Assembly (NCBI GenBank): GCA_051362555.1
Contig: CM120644.1
Span: forward strand, 25,566,534 to 25,630,533
Direction: 5' to 3'
Source: Lingula anatina
Lineage: Eukaryota > Animalia > Brachiopoda
DNA: 64,000 bases
The notes below the pieces were generated by a model that saw only the letters and a list, made by a program, of their open reading frames with translations, had not been told where the DNA came from and made no database searches. Position numbers and translations under genes: made by a program. Shown piece by piece: positions 13,001-24,462 of the stretch. Numbering within the stretch: the first letter of the stretch is position 1; every line of letters starts with the position of its first letter.

Positions 13001-16000
13001 TCTATCCAAATTCCACTGTTAAGATCACATGTCCACAGTATTATACACTGACCTGTTCTATCCAAATTCCACTGTTAAGATCACATGTCCACAGTATTAT
13101 ACACTGACCTGTTCTATCCATATTCCACTGTTAAGATCACATGTCCACAGTATTATACACTCACCTCTTCTATCCAAATTCCACTGTTAAGATCACATGT
13201 CCACAGTATTATACACTGACCTGTTCTATCCAAATTCCACTGTTAAGATCACATGTCCACAGTATTATACACTCACCTCTTCTATCCAAATTCCACTGTT
13301 AAGATCACATGTCCACAGTATTATACACTGACCTGTTCTGTCCATATTCCACTGTTAAGATCACATGTCCACAGTATTATACACTGACCTCTTCTATCCA
13401 AATTCCACTGTTAAGATCACATGTCCACAGTATTATACACTGACCTGTTCTATCCAAATTCCACTGTTAAGATCACATGTCCACAGTATTATACACTGAC
13501 CTGTTCTATCCAAATTCCACTGTTAAGATCACATGTCCACAGTATTATACACTGACCTGTTCTATCCATATTCCACTGTTAAGATCACATGTCCACAGTA
13601 TTATACACTCACCTCTTCTATCCAAATTCCACTGTTAAGATCACATGTCCACAGTATTATACACTGACCTGTTCTATCCAAATTCCACTGTTAAGATCAC
13701 ATGTCCACAGTATTATACACTCACCTCTTCTATCCAAATTCCACTGTTAAGATCACATGTCCACAGTATTATACACTCACCTCTTCTATCCAAATTCCAC
13801 TGTTAAGATCACATGTCCACAGTATTATACACTCACCTGTTCTATCCAAATTCCACTGTTAAGATCACATGTCCACAGTATTATACACTGACCTGTTCTA
13901 TCCAAATTCCACTGTTAAGATCACATGTCCACAGTATTATACACTGACCTGTTCTATCCAAATTCCACTGTTAAGATCACATGTCCACAGTATTATACAC
14001 TGACCTGTTCTATCCAAATTCCACTGTTAAGATCACATGTCCACAGTATTATACACTGACCTGTTCTATCCAAATTCCACTGTTAAGATCACATGTCCAC
14101 AGTATTATACACTTACCTCTTCTATCCAAATTCCACTGTTAAGAGCACATGTCCACAGTATTATACACTGACCTGTTCTATCCAAATTCCACTGTTAAGA
14201 TCACATGTCCACAGTATTATACACTGACCTGTTCTATCCATATTCCACTGTTAAGATCACATGTCCACAGTATTATACACTCACCTCTTCTATCCAAATT
14301 CCACTGTTAAGATCACATGTCCACAGTATTATACACTGACCTGTTCTATCCAAATTCCACTGTTAAGATCACATGTCCACAGTATTATACACTCACCTCT
14401 TCTATCCAAATTCCACTGTTAAGATCACATGTCCACAGTATTATACACTGACCTGTTCTATCCAAATTCCACTGTTAAGATCACATGTCCACAGTATTAT
14501 ACACTGACCTGTTCTATCCAAATTCCACTGTTAAGATCACATGTCCACAGTATTATACACTGACCTGTTCTATCCAAATTCCACTGTTAAGATCACATGT
14601 CCACAGTATTATACACTTACCTCTTCTATCCAAATTCCACTGTTAAGAGCACATGTCCACAGTATTATACACTGACCTGTTCTATCCAAATTCCACTGTT
14701 AAGATCACATGTCCACAGTATTATACACTCACCTGTTCTATCCATATTCCACTGTTAAGATCACATGTCCACAGTATTATACACTGACCTGTTCTATCCA
14801 TATTCCACTGTTAAGATCACATGTCCACAGTATTATACACTCACCTGTTCTATCCAAATTCCACTGTTAAGATCACATGTCCACAGTATTATACACTGAC
14901 CTGTTCTATCCATATTCCACTGTTAAGATCACATGTCCACAGTATTATACACTCACCTGTTCTATCCAAATTCCACTGTTAAGATCACATGTCCACAGTA
15001 TCATACTCTTGTCCATGGAGGCAGACAGCAGAGACAGGGGCTGGTGCCTCTTGCCATCTGGAATATCAGCAATTTAAACAATATGAAGTATGTTAAACTT
15101 TATTTAATATGAGACAAAAAGTACAACTTTTAACTGTATTCCTGCTGTAATTAAATGTACAAGTATTTCTGCATTGTTAACCTGTGAAGACATTGTATAT
15201 TTGAAGGTCAAGTTGTACACGTGAAGATATTGTATATTTGAAGATGAAGTTGTATACCTGTGAAGACATTGTATATTTGAAGATAATGTTGTATACCTGT
15301 GAAGACTTTGTATATTTGAAGATAAAGTTGTATACCTGTGAAGACATTGTATATTTGAAGATAATGTTGTATACGGTAATTCTCCAATCTATACGAACGC
15401 CGCAATAATTACGAACGAAACATTTTTTCTCTGAATCTGAATTTTTTGTCTCCGTTCTGTACGAACGATCGCTAAACTCACCTTGGGCACAATTTAAATT
15501 TTCCGAACGCAAGAAAGTGTGCCCAATTGAAACTCGCCCCATGATTCGTCAAAGCGAGTTTTCAGACCACCGTTCCAAACAAAGGAACTGCCACTTGACA
15601 GGAGAGATTGTTATCATGTATTTGTGCTGTTTTTGAATGAGACGATAGAAGGACTTAACCTGCCCGCCGGCAGCTGCAGGCCAGTTTTAAAACCCTATTG
15701 TTATTTAGAAATTATTGAAAGCATCAGTACACATAAATTACTTACTGTTTATTATCATTTCTTAACTTCTGCCGGCCGACTGGATCATCAACATCCACCA
15801 TCGGTGTTTCACCGATAACTGGTTTCCAGTAAAATCTACGCACAACAGAAGAGTATGAGAAATCCATAGTCAATGATCGAGTTTTTCTTTGTTTTTGGTA
15901 GTCATTAGGAAATTAAAATTTTTAAGAGGAGTTCTGTCTTGTATTGTATTTATTTTTCTAATTTGAGTTGTGATAAAGTTCATGCTTTTTTTTTTTGGTT

Positions 16001-19000
16001 TGTTTGTTTGTTTTTCCTTGTTAAAGACCTTGTATTATGAACAACTATTAGGTAAACCTTACTGATATTGGTGATTGTGAAAAATAAAGGTGCCGTATGA
16101 CTTTATACAAATTTGCCTGCAGTTTTCTGTATTTTTTCTAATTAAGTTTACATTGATTGTGTGCAAATTAATATGCTGTAAAAGACTTTCATAAATAGAC
16201 GTGAATTGAGCTGATGTTATTTTTTATATCAAGTATAATCTCTATTAACGTCAGTGATATCTACTGTGAGGAGTTTCAAGTATTTTGTTTTGGCGGAAGA
16301 AATTTATGTAGGCCGGGGGGGGGGGGGGGGGGGGGGGTGACATTATTTATATTGCAAATTTTCTATATGTGAAATCATATTAAAAGTAAACACGCATTAA
16401 ATAAAATATGCAACTGGATACGCAAATATTCTTGTCTGTTTTTGACAGAAGTTGGGAAAAACGATGTTGTCCTCTCTTGGTAAAACATAACAGGGAAAAA
16501 CGATGTTGTCTTGTCTTGGGAGAAATGTACCTCTTTAGTATGAAGAAATTGTTTCTTAACTTGAATTCCCGACTTTTGTTTAGTTTGTTTTAATTCATTG
16601 CAATATAGCAAGAATAATTTGTTTGTGCTAAAAGCTGATCACAGTGATTTAATCTGAAAGTAATGCTTACACTTAGCAATGTAGGTAAGTGGAGATAACT
16701 TCCGGTACAGACGTATTCCATTCGTTTTTCAATGGATACGAACGCGTGGCAATTTTTAGCAGACTGAATTTCAAGTCTTACGAACAAAATGATTATCTTC
16801 CAAAAATAATTAATTTAAATCGTTCGTATAGATTGGAGAATTACCGTACCTGTGAAGACTTTGTATATTTGAAGATGAAGTTGTATACCTGTGAAGACTT
16901 TGTATATTTGAAGATGAAGTTGTATACCTGTGAAGACTTTGTATATTTGAAGATGAAGTTGTATACCTGTGAAGACTTTGTATATTTGAAGATGAAGTTG
17001 TATACCTGTGAAGACATTGTATATTTGAAGATAAAGTTGTTTACCTGTGAAGACAGCAGGATGCCAGTGTACGGAGTATATCCAGTTTTCATGTCCTTGC
17101 AGCACAGACTCTAAGATGACTGCATAGTGGAGAACTGTATCTAAAATATACATATACAGCATGATAACAAACAAAGTTATTTGCATGTATTACACAAACC
17201 CATCCAGTACTTTGATTTCACCTCAGATAGAAGTGCTAGATTCTTTAACAGCATATGCAAAACTAGTGGATCAGAGAGGTGATACTGCCTCCGGATATTG
17301 TACCACCAGCTGGAGTAAGCACATTCGTATGGAACCCCCCCAAAAAAAAGGGACACCATCACCAGTCTTAACAAGCTCTATAAAATGAAATTAACAAGAG
17401 TTCTCAAAATATGCAAAAAAATGAAAAAAAAAAATCCAAAAATGGTCCAATCATGCAGGATTTTGAATTGACCTGTATTTTCCTTACAATGATCACTCCT
17501 GTGATTTTCTAGACAATTGGTTTTCCTTGAAATGTGTTATCATTGTTACATATGTAGTATGCTGATAAAAGAGTAAACCTTGGGGCAACACTGGGCATAT
17601 CTCTGCTAGTTTTGAAGATATGAGGGGCAAGAAAATATGCAAAGTTCAGTTCTTGGTGAAAAAGTAGGTCAAAGGTCAATTTCAAGGTCACAGTATATGA
17701 CTTCCTATTCAAGTTCAATATTAACCATGGACATTTCTTTGCCAATTTTGGAGATATAAATGCCAGAAAACATGCAAGGTATAGTTCATCCTAAAAAGTA
17801 GGTCAAAGGTCAATTTTAAGGTAATAGTCAGATTGCCAGTATATGACTTCCTATTCAAATTCAACAGTAACTTTGGGCATATCTCTGCCAGTTTTTGAGA
17901 TATAAAGGATAGAAAATTTGCAAAGTTCAGTTCATGGTGAAAATTAGGTCAAAGGTCAATTTCAGGGTCACAGATTGCCAATATATGACTTCCTATTCAA
18001 GTTCAATAGTAACTATGGTCGTATCTTTGCCAGTTTTGGAGATATAAAGATCAGAAAACTTGCAAAGTGCAGTTCATCATGAAAAGTAGGTTAAAGGTCA
18101 ATTTCAAGGTCACAGTTAGATTGCCAGTATATGACTTCCTATTCAAGTTCAATAGGGACTATGGGCATATCTCTGCTAATTTTGGAGTAATTCACATTTT
18201 ATTTTCACTACTGAATATTGCGTTGTACTGTTCTATATAGCGCAATGCCTAAACCGTATCGAAAACAAAAACGTGGACACCACCTCCAGTATTGCGCTTG
18301 ACAAGTTCTACACATTGCAAAATTCAAAAGGTCTCTGGCATTAAAGGTTCCAGAATTTGAGAGAGTTTTCAGTTTCACATCTTATGGCTGTTTCTCCCAT
18401 GATAATGCACTGATTGACCCCAAACTCTAAAAGATGAAAGGAATCCCTGATTGTAACCCCTCACCATAATATGAGTGCTTAGGTCTGTCTAGTTTCTGAA
18501 AATTGATACATACAAATATTTTTTTGCAGAAAAGTCCCATTTTTAGAAAATTTTGGCCTGTTTGACCTTGAAATAAAGGTCAAAAGTCAAATCTCAGGGC
18601 AAATTTGGAATCTCCACATATGACTTTGGGTCAGACATCTGTAGTAATTTTTCCCATAATTCCTTCGGTTTGGGAGATATTAAGCATTGAATTTTCAAAA
18701 ATTTTGACAAGGGTTCGTTTCAACAAGCCTCACGCCCAGGCCAAAGCACCGACTGAGGCAAAAATACCAGGGGGTTCAAGTTGAGATTATTTGTGACATA
18801 AATCCAAGATATGGGGACATAGGTCCTTGCGGTCTAGGAGGAGAAGCGGTAATGGTGACTTGTATCCCACGACACCCTGCGGAGCCAACGGAGCCGATGG
18901 AGCCGTACAAGAAGGGTCGGGACTAAAACCATGAGTACCGCCAGCATACAACTCCTTTAAATCCTTTAAATGCAGAAGATTATGCACACAAAAAACTGCA

Positions 19001-22000
19001 TATAAAAAGTAGGAGAATGTATGCAATATACACAGCTCATTTTCAATGAAGAAGAATGTGCACCAAGAGAATATCATTCAACTTTATGATTTAAAATATT
19101 TAAGATATTTAAGATTATTGACTGATATTACACTTCACCTTGGTGTACCACCTTGAAGGTGTTTTCTTTTAGTCTGATCTTGTCTTGAAGTGCCATCTGT
19201 GTGTAGTCTTGGACAACCTCTTCCTCACATCTTGGTGTAATTTTCCAGAGTCTGATGAAACAGTCCTGAGAACAGCTGGCCAACAGCAGGACCCCCTCAT
19301 CTGGAACATATATACATAATAACAGCTAGCCAACAGCAGGACCCCCTCATCTGGAACATGTATACATAACAGCTAGCCAACAGCAGGACCCCCTCATCTG
19401 GAACATGTATACATAACAGCTAGCCAACAGCAGGACCCCCTCATCTGGAACATGTATACATAACAGCTGGCCAACAGCAGGACCCCCTCATCTGGAACAT
19501 GTATACATAACAGCTAGCCAACAGCAGGGCCCCCTCATCTGGAACATGTATACATAATAACAGCTAGCCAGCAACAGGGCCACCTCACCTGGAAAGTGTA
19601 TGAACACTTCACAGCCATACCTACCATTGTGTGTAAACTCCACTCCTTGTACTCAGTTCTCATGACTAGACAACCCCTGACTTCTCTAACTGTAACCTGA
19701 ACACTTCATCGTCATACCTACCATTGTGTGTAAACTCCACTCCTTGTACTCAGTTCTCATGACTAGACAACCTCTGACTTCTCTAACTGTAACCTGAACA
19801 CTTCATCGTCATACCTACCATTGTGTGTAAACTCCACTCCTTGTACTCAGTTCTCATGACTAGACAACCTCTGACTTCTCTAACTGTAACCTGCACACTT
19901 CACAGCCATACCTACCATTGTGTGTAAACTCCACTCCTTGTACTCAGTTCTCATGACTAGACAACCCCTGACTTCTCTAACTGTAACCTGAACACTTCAT
20001 CGTCATACCTACCATTGTGTGTAAACTCCACTCCTCGTACCCAGTCTTCATGACCAGGTAAGCTTTGGCTCCTCTGGAACTGACAAAATATACATCTAGT
20101 TGAAATATACACTTTCACTATAATTACCATTATGCTAAATCATTACCACGTAAATAATTAATTTTGTTAGAATTAAGTCAATTTTTTTACAACTAACACA
20201 AGCTAACAACATCTCAACTAACACACTCTGACAACATCTCAACCAACACATTCTGACAATTGTCCAGTTGGACACCACTTCACACAGCCTTACCTGTCCA
20301 TGTTGCAGTACAAACAGGTGAATCTTGTGATCATCTGCACCACATGCCAACACTGGAACTAAAACACAGAACACAAACATTTCACTACGCAAGATATGGA
20401 TAACAGAATGGCATAAATGATGTGGGAAATTACATACTTTCTACTGCTTTCACCTTTTCCCAACTGACATTTTTATCAAATCCTGAGGTTTGAACAAATG
20501 TAGAAGGATCCAAACTTAATACATTACCTGCTGTTCCAGGTAACACAGCTAGGCTAACATCAACAGCAAAACATTACCTGCTGTTCCAGGTAACACAGCT
20601 AGGCTAACATCAACAGCAAAACATTACCTGCTGTTCCAGGTAACACAGCTAGGCTAACATCAACAGCAAAACATTACCTGCTGTTCCTGGTAACACAGCT
20701 AGGCTAACATCAACAGCAAAACATTACCTGTTGTTCCTGGCAACACAGCTAGGCTAACATCAACAGCAAAACCTTACCTGCTGTTCCTGGTAACACAGCT
20801 AGGCTAACATCAACAGCAAAACATTACCTGCTGTTCCAGGTAACACAGCTAGGCTAACATCAACAGCAAAACATTACCTGCTGTTCCAGGTAACACAGCT
20901 AGGCTAACATCAACAGCAAAACATTACCTGTTGTTCCAGGTAACACAGCTAGGCTAACATCAACAGCAAAACATTACCTGCTGTTCCAGGTAACACAGCT
21001 AGGCTAACATCAACAGCAAAACATTACCTGCTGTTCCAGGTAACACAGCTAGGCTAACATCAACAGCAAAACATTACCTGCTGTTCCAGGTAACACAGCT
21101 AGGCTAACATCAACAGCAAAACATTACCTGTTGTTCCTGGCAACACAGCTAGGCTAACATCAACAGCAAAACATTACCTGTTGTTCTGGTAACACAGCTA
21201 GGCTAACATCAACAGCAAAACATTACCTGTTGTTCTGGTAACACAGCTAGGCTAACATCAACAGCAAAACATTACCTGTTGTTCCTGGTAACACAGCTAG
21301 GCTAACATCAACAGCAAAACATTACCTGCTGTTCCTGGTAACACAGCTAGGCTAACATCAACAGCAAAACATTACCTGTTGTTCCTGGCAACACAGCTAG
21401 GCTAACATCAACAGCAAAACATTACCTGTTGTTCTGGTAACACAGCTAGGCTAACATCAACAGCAAAACATTACCTGTTGTTCCTGGTAACACAGCTAGG
21501 CTAACATCAACAGCAAAACATTACCTGCTGTTCCTGGTAACACAGCTAGGCTAACATCAACAGCAAAACCTTACCTGCTGTTCCAGGTAACACAGCTAGG
21601 CTAACATCAACAGCAAAACATTACCTGCTGTTCCAGGTAACACAGCTAGGCTAACATCAACAGCAAAACATTACCTGCTGTTCCTGGTAACAAAGCTAGG
21701 CTAACATCAACAGCAAAACATTACCTGCTGTTCCAGGTAACACAGCTAGGCTAACATCAACAGCAAAACATTACCTGCTGTTCCTGGTAACACAGCTAGG
21801 CTAACATCAACAGAAAAACCTTACCTGTTGTTCCTGGTAACACAGCTAGGCTAACATCAACAGCAAAACCACTGCCAAATGAAATACTTTGCTGATACTG
21901 GAAACCTCCTGAAATAGTCAATTAAACACAGCTGTCTATGCAGTTTGATATACTTGATAGATTTTGATTTGTGAATTGTAACCAAAGAGAGAAAGAAAGT

Positions 22001-24462
22001 GAACAATTACCTTCTTCACGTTGCCATATTCTTACTGTGGAATCTGAGGAGGCTGTAGCAATCAATGTTGTACAGAGTCCAGGCTCCATGTTGTGACAGT
22101 AGAGGGCGTCTAGAGCAGTGACAGGTCCAGTATGCCCTTCTAATATGGCTACAGGCTGAAACTATCCAATATCACTTAAAATTAGTCAAAGTCTGCAGGG
22201 TCTTTACTCAACCTCACGTCATTCACTTATATTTGCCTTACTTTTCCCTTTCATTCTTTTAATTACTTATTTCTCCATCTGTATATTTGTTTGCTTATTT
22301 TCAGATACCACTCTAGATTTTAGGCCCTAATTATCTCAATTTCATCTTCCATCTTTTTCTTATAGTTTCTGTTAGTCTCAGTTGAAACAATTCTTTCATA
22401 ATAATGAACTTGTATATTAATATATCTGGTATGATACGCCAGCTTGCATATGTGCTAATATAAAGAATATGAAAAAAATATTTCAGAAATTCAGGGACAA
22501 TAATGAAGACAAAATATCACATTAATCATAAATATACTTTGTCCATTGGTGAAGCAAATCAATCAGCATTCCTCACCTTTGTTCCAGTGCCTTGCCAAAC
22601 AATAGCAGTTCTATCTGAAGACCCAGATACAAGTTCTGTCTCATCTCCTGAAACACAAAACAATCATGTCACCAACATCTACCAACACAAAACAATGTCA
22701 CCAACATCTACCAACACAAAACAACAGCAGTTCTATCTGAAGACCCAGATACAAGTTTTCTCTCATCTCCTGAAACACAAAACAATCATGTCACCAACAT
22801 CTACCAACACAAAACAATGTCACCAACATCTACCAACACAAAACAACAGCAGTTCTATCTGAAGACCAAGATACAAGTTCTGTCTCATCTCCTTAAACAC
22901 AAAACAATCATGTCACCAACATCTACCAACACAAAACAACAGCAGTTCTATCTGAAGACCAAGATACAAGTTCTGCCTCATCTCCTGAAACACAAAACAA
23001 TCATGTCACCAACATCTACCAACACAAAACAACAGCAGTTCTATCTGAAGACCAAGATACAAGTTCCCTCTCATCTCCTGAAACACAAAACAACCATGTC
23101 ACCAACATCTACCAACACAAAACAACAGCAGTTCTATCTGAAGACCAAGATACAAGTTCCCTCTCATCTCCTGAAACACAAAACAACCATGTCACCAACA
23201 TCTACCAACACAAAACAATGTCACCAACATCTACCAACACAAAACAACAGCAGTTCTATATGAAGACAAAGATACAAGTTCTCTCTCATCTCCTGAAACA
23301 CAAAACAACCATGTCACCAACATCTAGCAACACAAAACAACCAGGCAATGGAGATTTACTGATTTGGAAAAGGTTAAATTCACAAACTTGCTGTAAATTT
23401 TTGGTCTTCCATTAATTCAAGAATAATTCTCAAGGAAAATCTATAGTTTGTTTTTATTTATAATATATATATTTTTAAAACATTTTTGCTTTTTACATCA
23501 TATCTTGCTGATAATGAACAATTGTTTTATTTTTTGACATAGCACTTGCGGTCAAATTTTACTGCCATTTAAAATTATCTATCAAGTGAGCATAAAGTCT
23601 CAGTATGACTTGCCTCCATCTTGCATTGAAATCCACTTGACACAGTTCACGCGGTCTTCATGAGCGACGAGATTCGCCACAATCCCTCCCGGACCCTCTG
23701 ATTGCTGAAAACAGATCAACAGTCACCCTGCACGCATACTAGTAAGCTAGCAACTGATACATTACAGGGGCGGATTTAGGCCGTCTTCTGGATCTTCCGG
23801 AAGATGGTCAGATTTTAAAGTTTATATTGACGGGTATCCATTATTTTCTGTTGGAAGACGGTCAAAAATTGAAGACGAATTAACAAAGATAATTTGGAAG
23901 ACTGTCAGAAAATATCTCTGGATCCGCCCCTGATTACTACCATGTAAGGAAGGTTGTAATCACCTTACAGACTCTGATGAACTGCTATAAGGATGTTTCA
24001 AAACTAAAGAAGCTGGAAGCATTTTTTTTTTTTTTTTTTTTTTTACTTGGTAGGTTCATTAAAAAGTCAATGTGAAAGCAGAGACTGTAAGCTACCGGAA
24101 AGTTTCATGTGTTTTCACAAGAATTACATATCAGAGACTGTAAATACTCTTACTACAGTTTTAGGTCTTACATGTTACGCATTAAGTTCCAAGCACGTAA
24201 CGCAGAAAACCGAGGCAAGTAAATAGGAGCGCACGAAACTAAAGTGTAAGTGCTACTATATATATAACTTAAGTAAGTCAACTTGATCAAAAGACTGGAT
24301 AAGGAAAATGTGTATTTTTCCTCATAATTCGTGTACCTGAGGTTGATACAAAGCCACCGCTCTGCAAGCTCCATAACAAACCAGGCCATTTCTCCCCCAG
24401 TCCACGCAGTGTGCAGTTCTATTACACCCGCAACTTGAAAAACACACGTGAATTGCGGCCAT
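4229..24462 (-). CDS. ELP2: Elongator complex protein 2 (WD40 repeat protein), 16 coding exons in window, 3' end beyond window start
   Basis: Exons splice with consistent phases into about 655 codons containing ELP2 motifs [111 protein letters not shown] (recognised from known ELP2 orthologues). Confidence 0.95.
4371..4960. repeat. About 68-bp degenerate tandem repeat of the ELP2 exon 16 acceptor and 5' end
   Basis: aatctgccataaaatcacagctgcatg...gcctggaaa recurs at 4371, 4439, 4507, 4576, 4872. Confidence 0.8.
4642..4867. mobile_element. Degenerate PIF/Harbinger-like MITE, TTA TSD, inserted in the exon 16 acceptor array
   Basis: ctccctgggg(t/a)gtctcactaaattg inverted pair at about 4676-4700 and 4810-4834; TTA on both flanks. 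Confidence 0.65.
5098..5228 (-). CDS. ELP2: ELP2 exon 15 ([27 protein letters not shown]...SSCK)
   Basis: cttcag / gtattg. Confidence 0.92.
5247..5381. repeat. Short tandem repeat (about 45 bp, 2-3 copies) just intronic of the ELP2 exon 15 acceptor
   Basis: actacagtgtactgg...tagccactgctaacatag. Confidence 0.7.
5460..8990. repeat. 71-bp tandem repeat (about 50 copies) of the ELP2 exon 14 3' end and gtaagt donor
   Basis: Unit ggtacttactgtccataagaaagggtttgaagtagacctcagcagactgttatcagctgtcactgtacaca. Confidence 0.95.
8949..9111 (-). CDS. ELP2: ELP2 exon 14 ([23 protein letters not shown]...YFKPFLMN)
   Basis: tttcag / gtaagt; phase 1 joins exon 15 as K-PPTE. Confidence 0.9.
9286..9477 (-). CDS. 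ELP2: ELP2 exon 13 ([19 protein letters not shown]...GLKDK)
   Basis: ttacag / gtttgt, 192 nt. Confidence 0.92.
9630..10213. repeat. 58-bp tandem repeat (about 8-9 copies) of the ELP2 exon 12 3' end and donor, two copies with (CA)n
   Basis: Minus strand [10 protein letters not shown]|gtcagtgag. Confidence 0.9.
10181..10339 (-). CDS. ELP2: ELP2 exon 12 ([26 protein letters not shown]...[16 protein letters not shown])
   Basis: aattag / gtcagt, 159 nt. Confidence 0.88.
10503..12200. repeat. 50-bp tandem repeat (about 34 copies) of the ELP2 exon 11 3' end and donor
   Basis: Unit ccccttccctgtaccagagatgtggtctgtcctggtaaccatggtaccta. Confidence 0.93.
12162..12284 (-). CDS. ELP2: ELP2 exon 11 ([18 protein letters not shown]...[10 protein letters not shown])
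   Basis: ctgcag / gtaggt, 123 nt. Confidence 0.9.
12478..15001. repeat. 56-bp tandem repeat (about 45 copies) of the ELP2 exon 10 3' end and donor
   Basis: Unit agtattatacact(c/g)acctgttctatccaaattccactgttaagatcacatgtccac. Confidence 0.95.
14957..15057 (-). CDS. ELP2: ELP2 exon 10 ([33 protein letters not shown])
   Basis: ttccag / gtgagt. Confidence 0.9.
15178..17055. repeat. 39-bp tandem repeat (about 11 copies) of the ELP2 exon 9 end and donor, split by a TIR element
   Basis: Unit tacctgtgaagactttgtatatttgaagatgaagttgta at 15178-15373 and 16847-17055. Confidence 0.9.
15374..16846. mobile_element. Non-autonomous Tc1/mariner-superfamily element, 26-bp TIRs, TA TSD
   Basis: cggtaattctccaatctatacgaacg ... 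cgttcgtatagattggagaattaccg flanked by TA; removal restores the host unit gttgtatacctgtg. Confidence 0.88.
17045..17140 (-). CDS. ELP2: ELP2 exon 9 ([31 protein letters not shown])
   Basis: ttttag / gtaaac; GHENW motif. Confidence 0.9.
17261..18946 (-). mobile_element. Second, more diverged copy of the same HINE-like family
   Basis: Same aactagtggatcagagagg...attgtaccaccagc end, core repeats, truncated hairpin at 18936-18945. Confidence 0.8.
19139..19300 (-). CDS. ELP2: ELP2 exon 8 ([20 protein letters not shown]...[10 protein letters not shown])
   Basis: ttccag / gtgaag, phase 1-1. Confidence 0.9.
19271..19600. repeat. 47-50-bp tandem repeat (about 7 copies) of the ELP2 exon 8 acceptor and 5' end
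   Basis: Unit aacagctagccaacagcaggaccccctcatctggaacatgtatacat. Confidence 0.9.
19601..20082. repeat. 97-bp tandem repeat: four decayed whole copies of ELP2 exon 7 plus the real exon
   Basis: Copies align across the full exon, including a cag acceptor and gtaggt donor. Confidence 0.85.
20013..20079 (-). CDS. ELP2: ELP2 exon 7 ([22 protein letters not shown])
   Basis: tgtcag / gtaggt; GHEDW motif. Confidence 0.9.
20294..20358 (-). CDS. ELP2: ELP2 exon 6 ([21 protein letters not shown])
   Basis: ttttag / gtaagg. Confidence 0.9.
20521..21870. repeat. 50-bp tandem repeat (about 27 copies) of the ELP2 exon 5 3' end and donor
   Basis: Unit acattacctgctgttccaggtaacacagctaggctaacatcaacagcaaa. Confidence 0.95.
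21825..21908 (-). CDS. ELP2: ELP2 exon 5 ([27 protein letters not shown])
   Basis: tttcag / gtaagg, phase 1-1. Confidence 0.88.
22011..22161 (-). CDS. ELP2: ELP2 exon 4 ([18 protein letters not shown]...[13 protein letters not shown])
   Basis: AG/GT boundaries; alternative in-frame acceptor 6 nt inside (22155) is possible. Confidence 0.88.
22577..22647 (-). CDS. ELP2: ELP2 exon 3 ([23 protein letters not shown])
   Basis: tttcag / gtgagg boundaries, WD40 motif. Confidence 0.9.
22604..23340. repeat. 93-bp tandem repeat (7 copies, some with an extra 29-bp subrepeat) of the ELP2 exon 3 acceptor and 5' end
   Basis: cagttctatctgaagac...tcatctcctgaaacacaaaac recurs at 22606, 22728, 22850, 22943, 23036, 23129, 23251. 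Confidence 0.9.
23614..23704 (-). CDS. ELP2: ELP2 exon 2 ([30 protein letters not shown]), GC donor
   Basis: ttttcag acceptor; ends G|gcaagt, phase 1 matches exon 3. Confidence 0.85.
23765..23932. mobile_element. Small MITE with caggggcggat TIRs
   Basis: caggggcggat...atccgcccctg, atta on both flanks. Confidence 0.7.
24337..24462 (-). CDS. ELP2: ELP2 exon 1 ([15 protein letters not shown]...YQPQ)
   Basis: ATG, 126 nt, GT donor; N-terminal CNR...DWG...YG pattern. Confidence 0.85.

Noticed and set aside
16315-16337. Poly-G tracts (also 24885-24905) as functional G-quadruplex elements
   Set aside because: Simple homopolymers, error-prone in assembly, with no supporting context.
22503-23415. 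Thr/Gln/Lys-rich plus-strand ORFs
   Set aside because: Antisense translation of the ELP2 exon 3 acceptor array.
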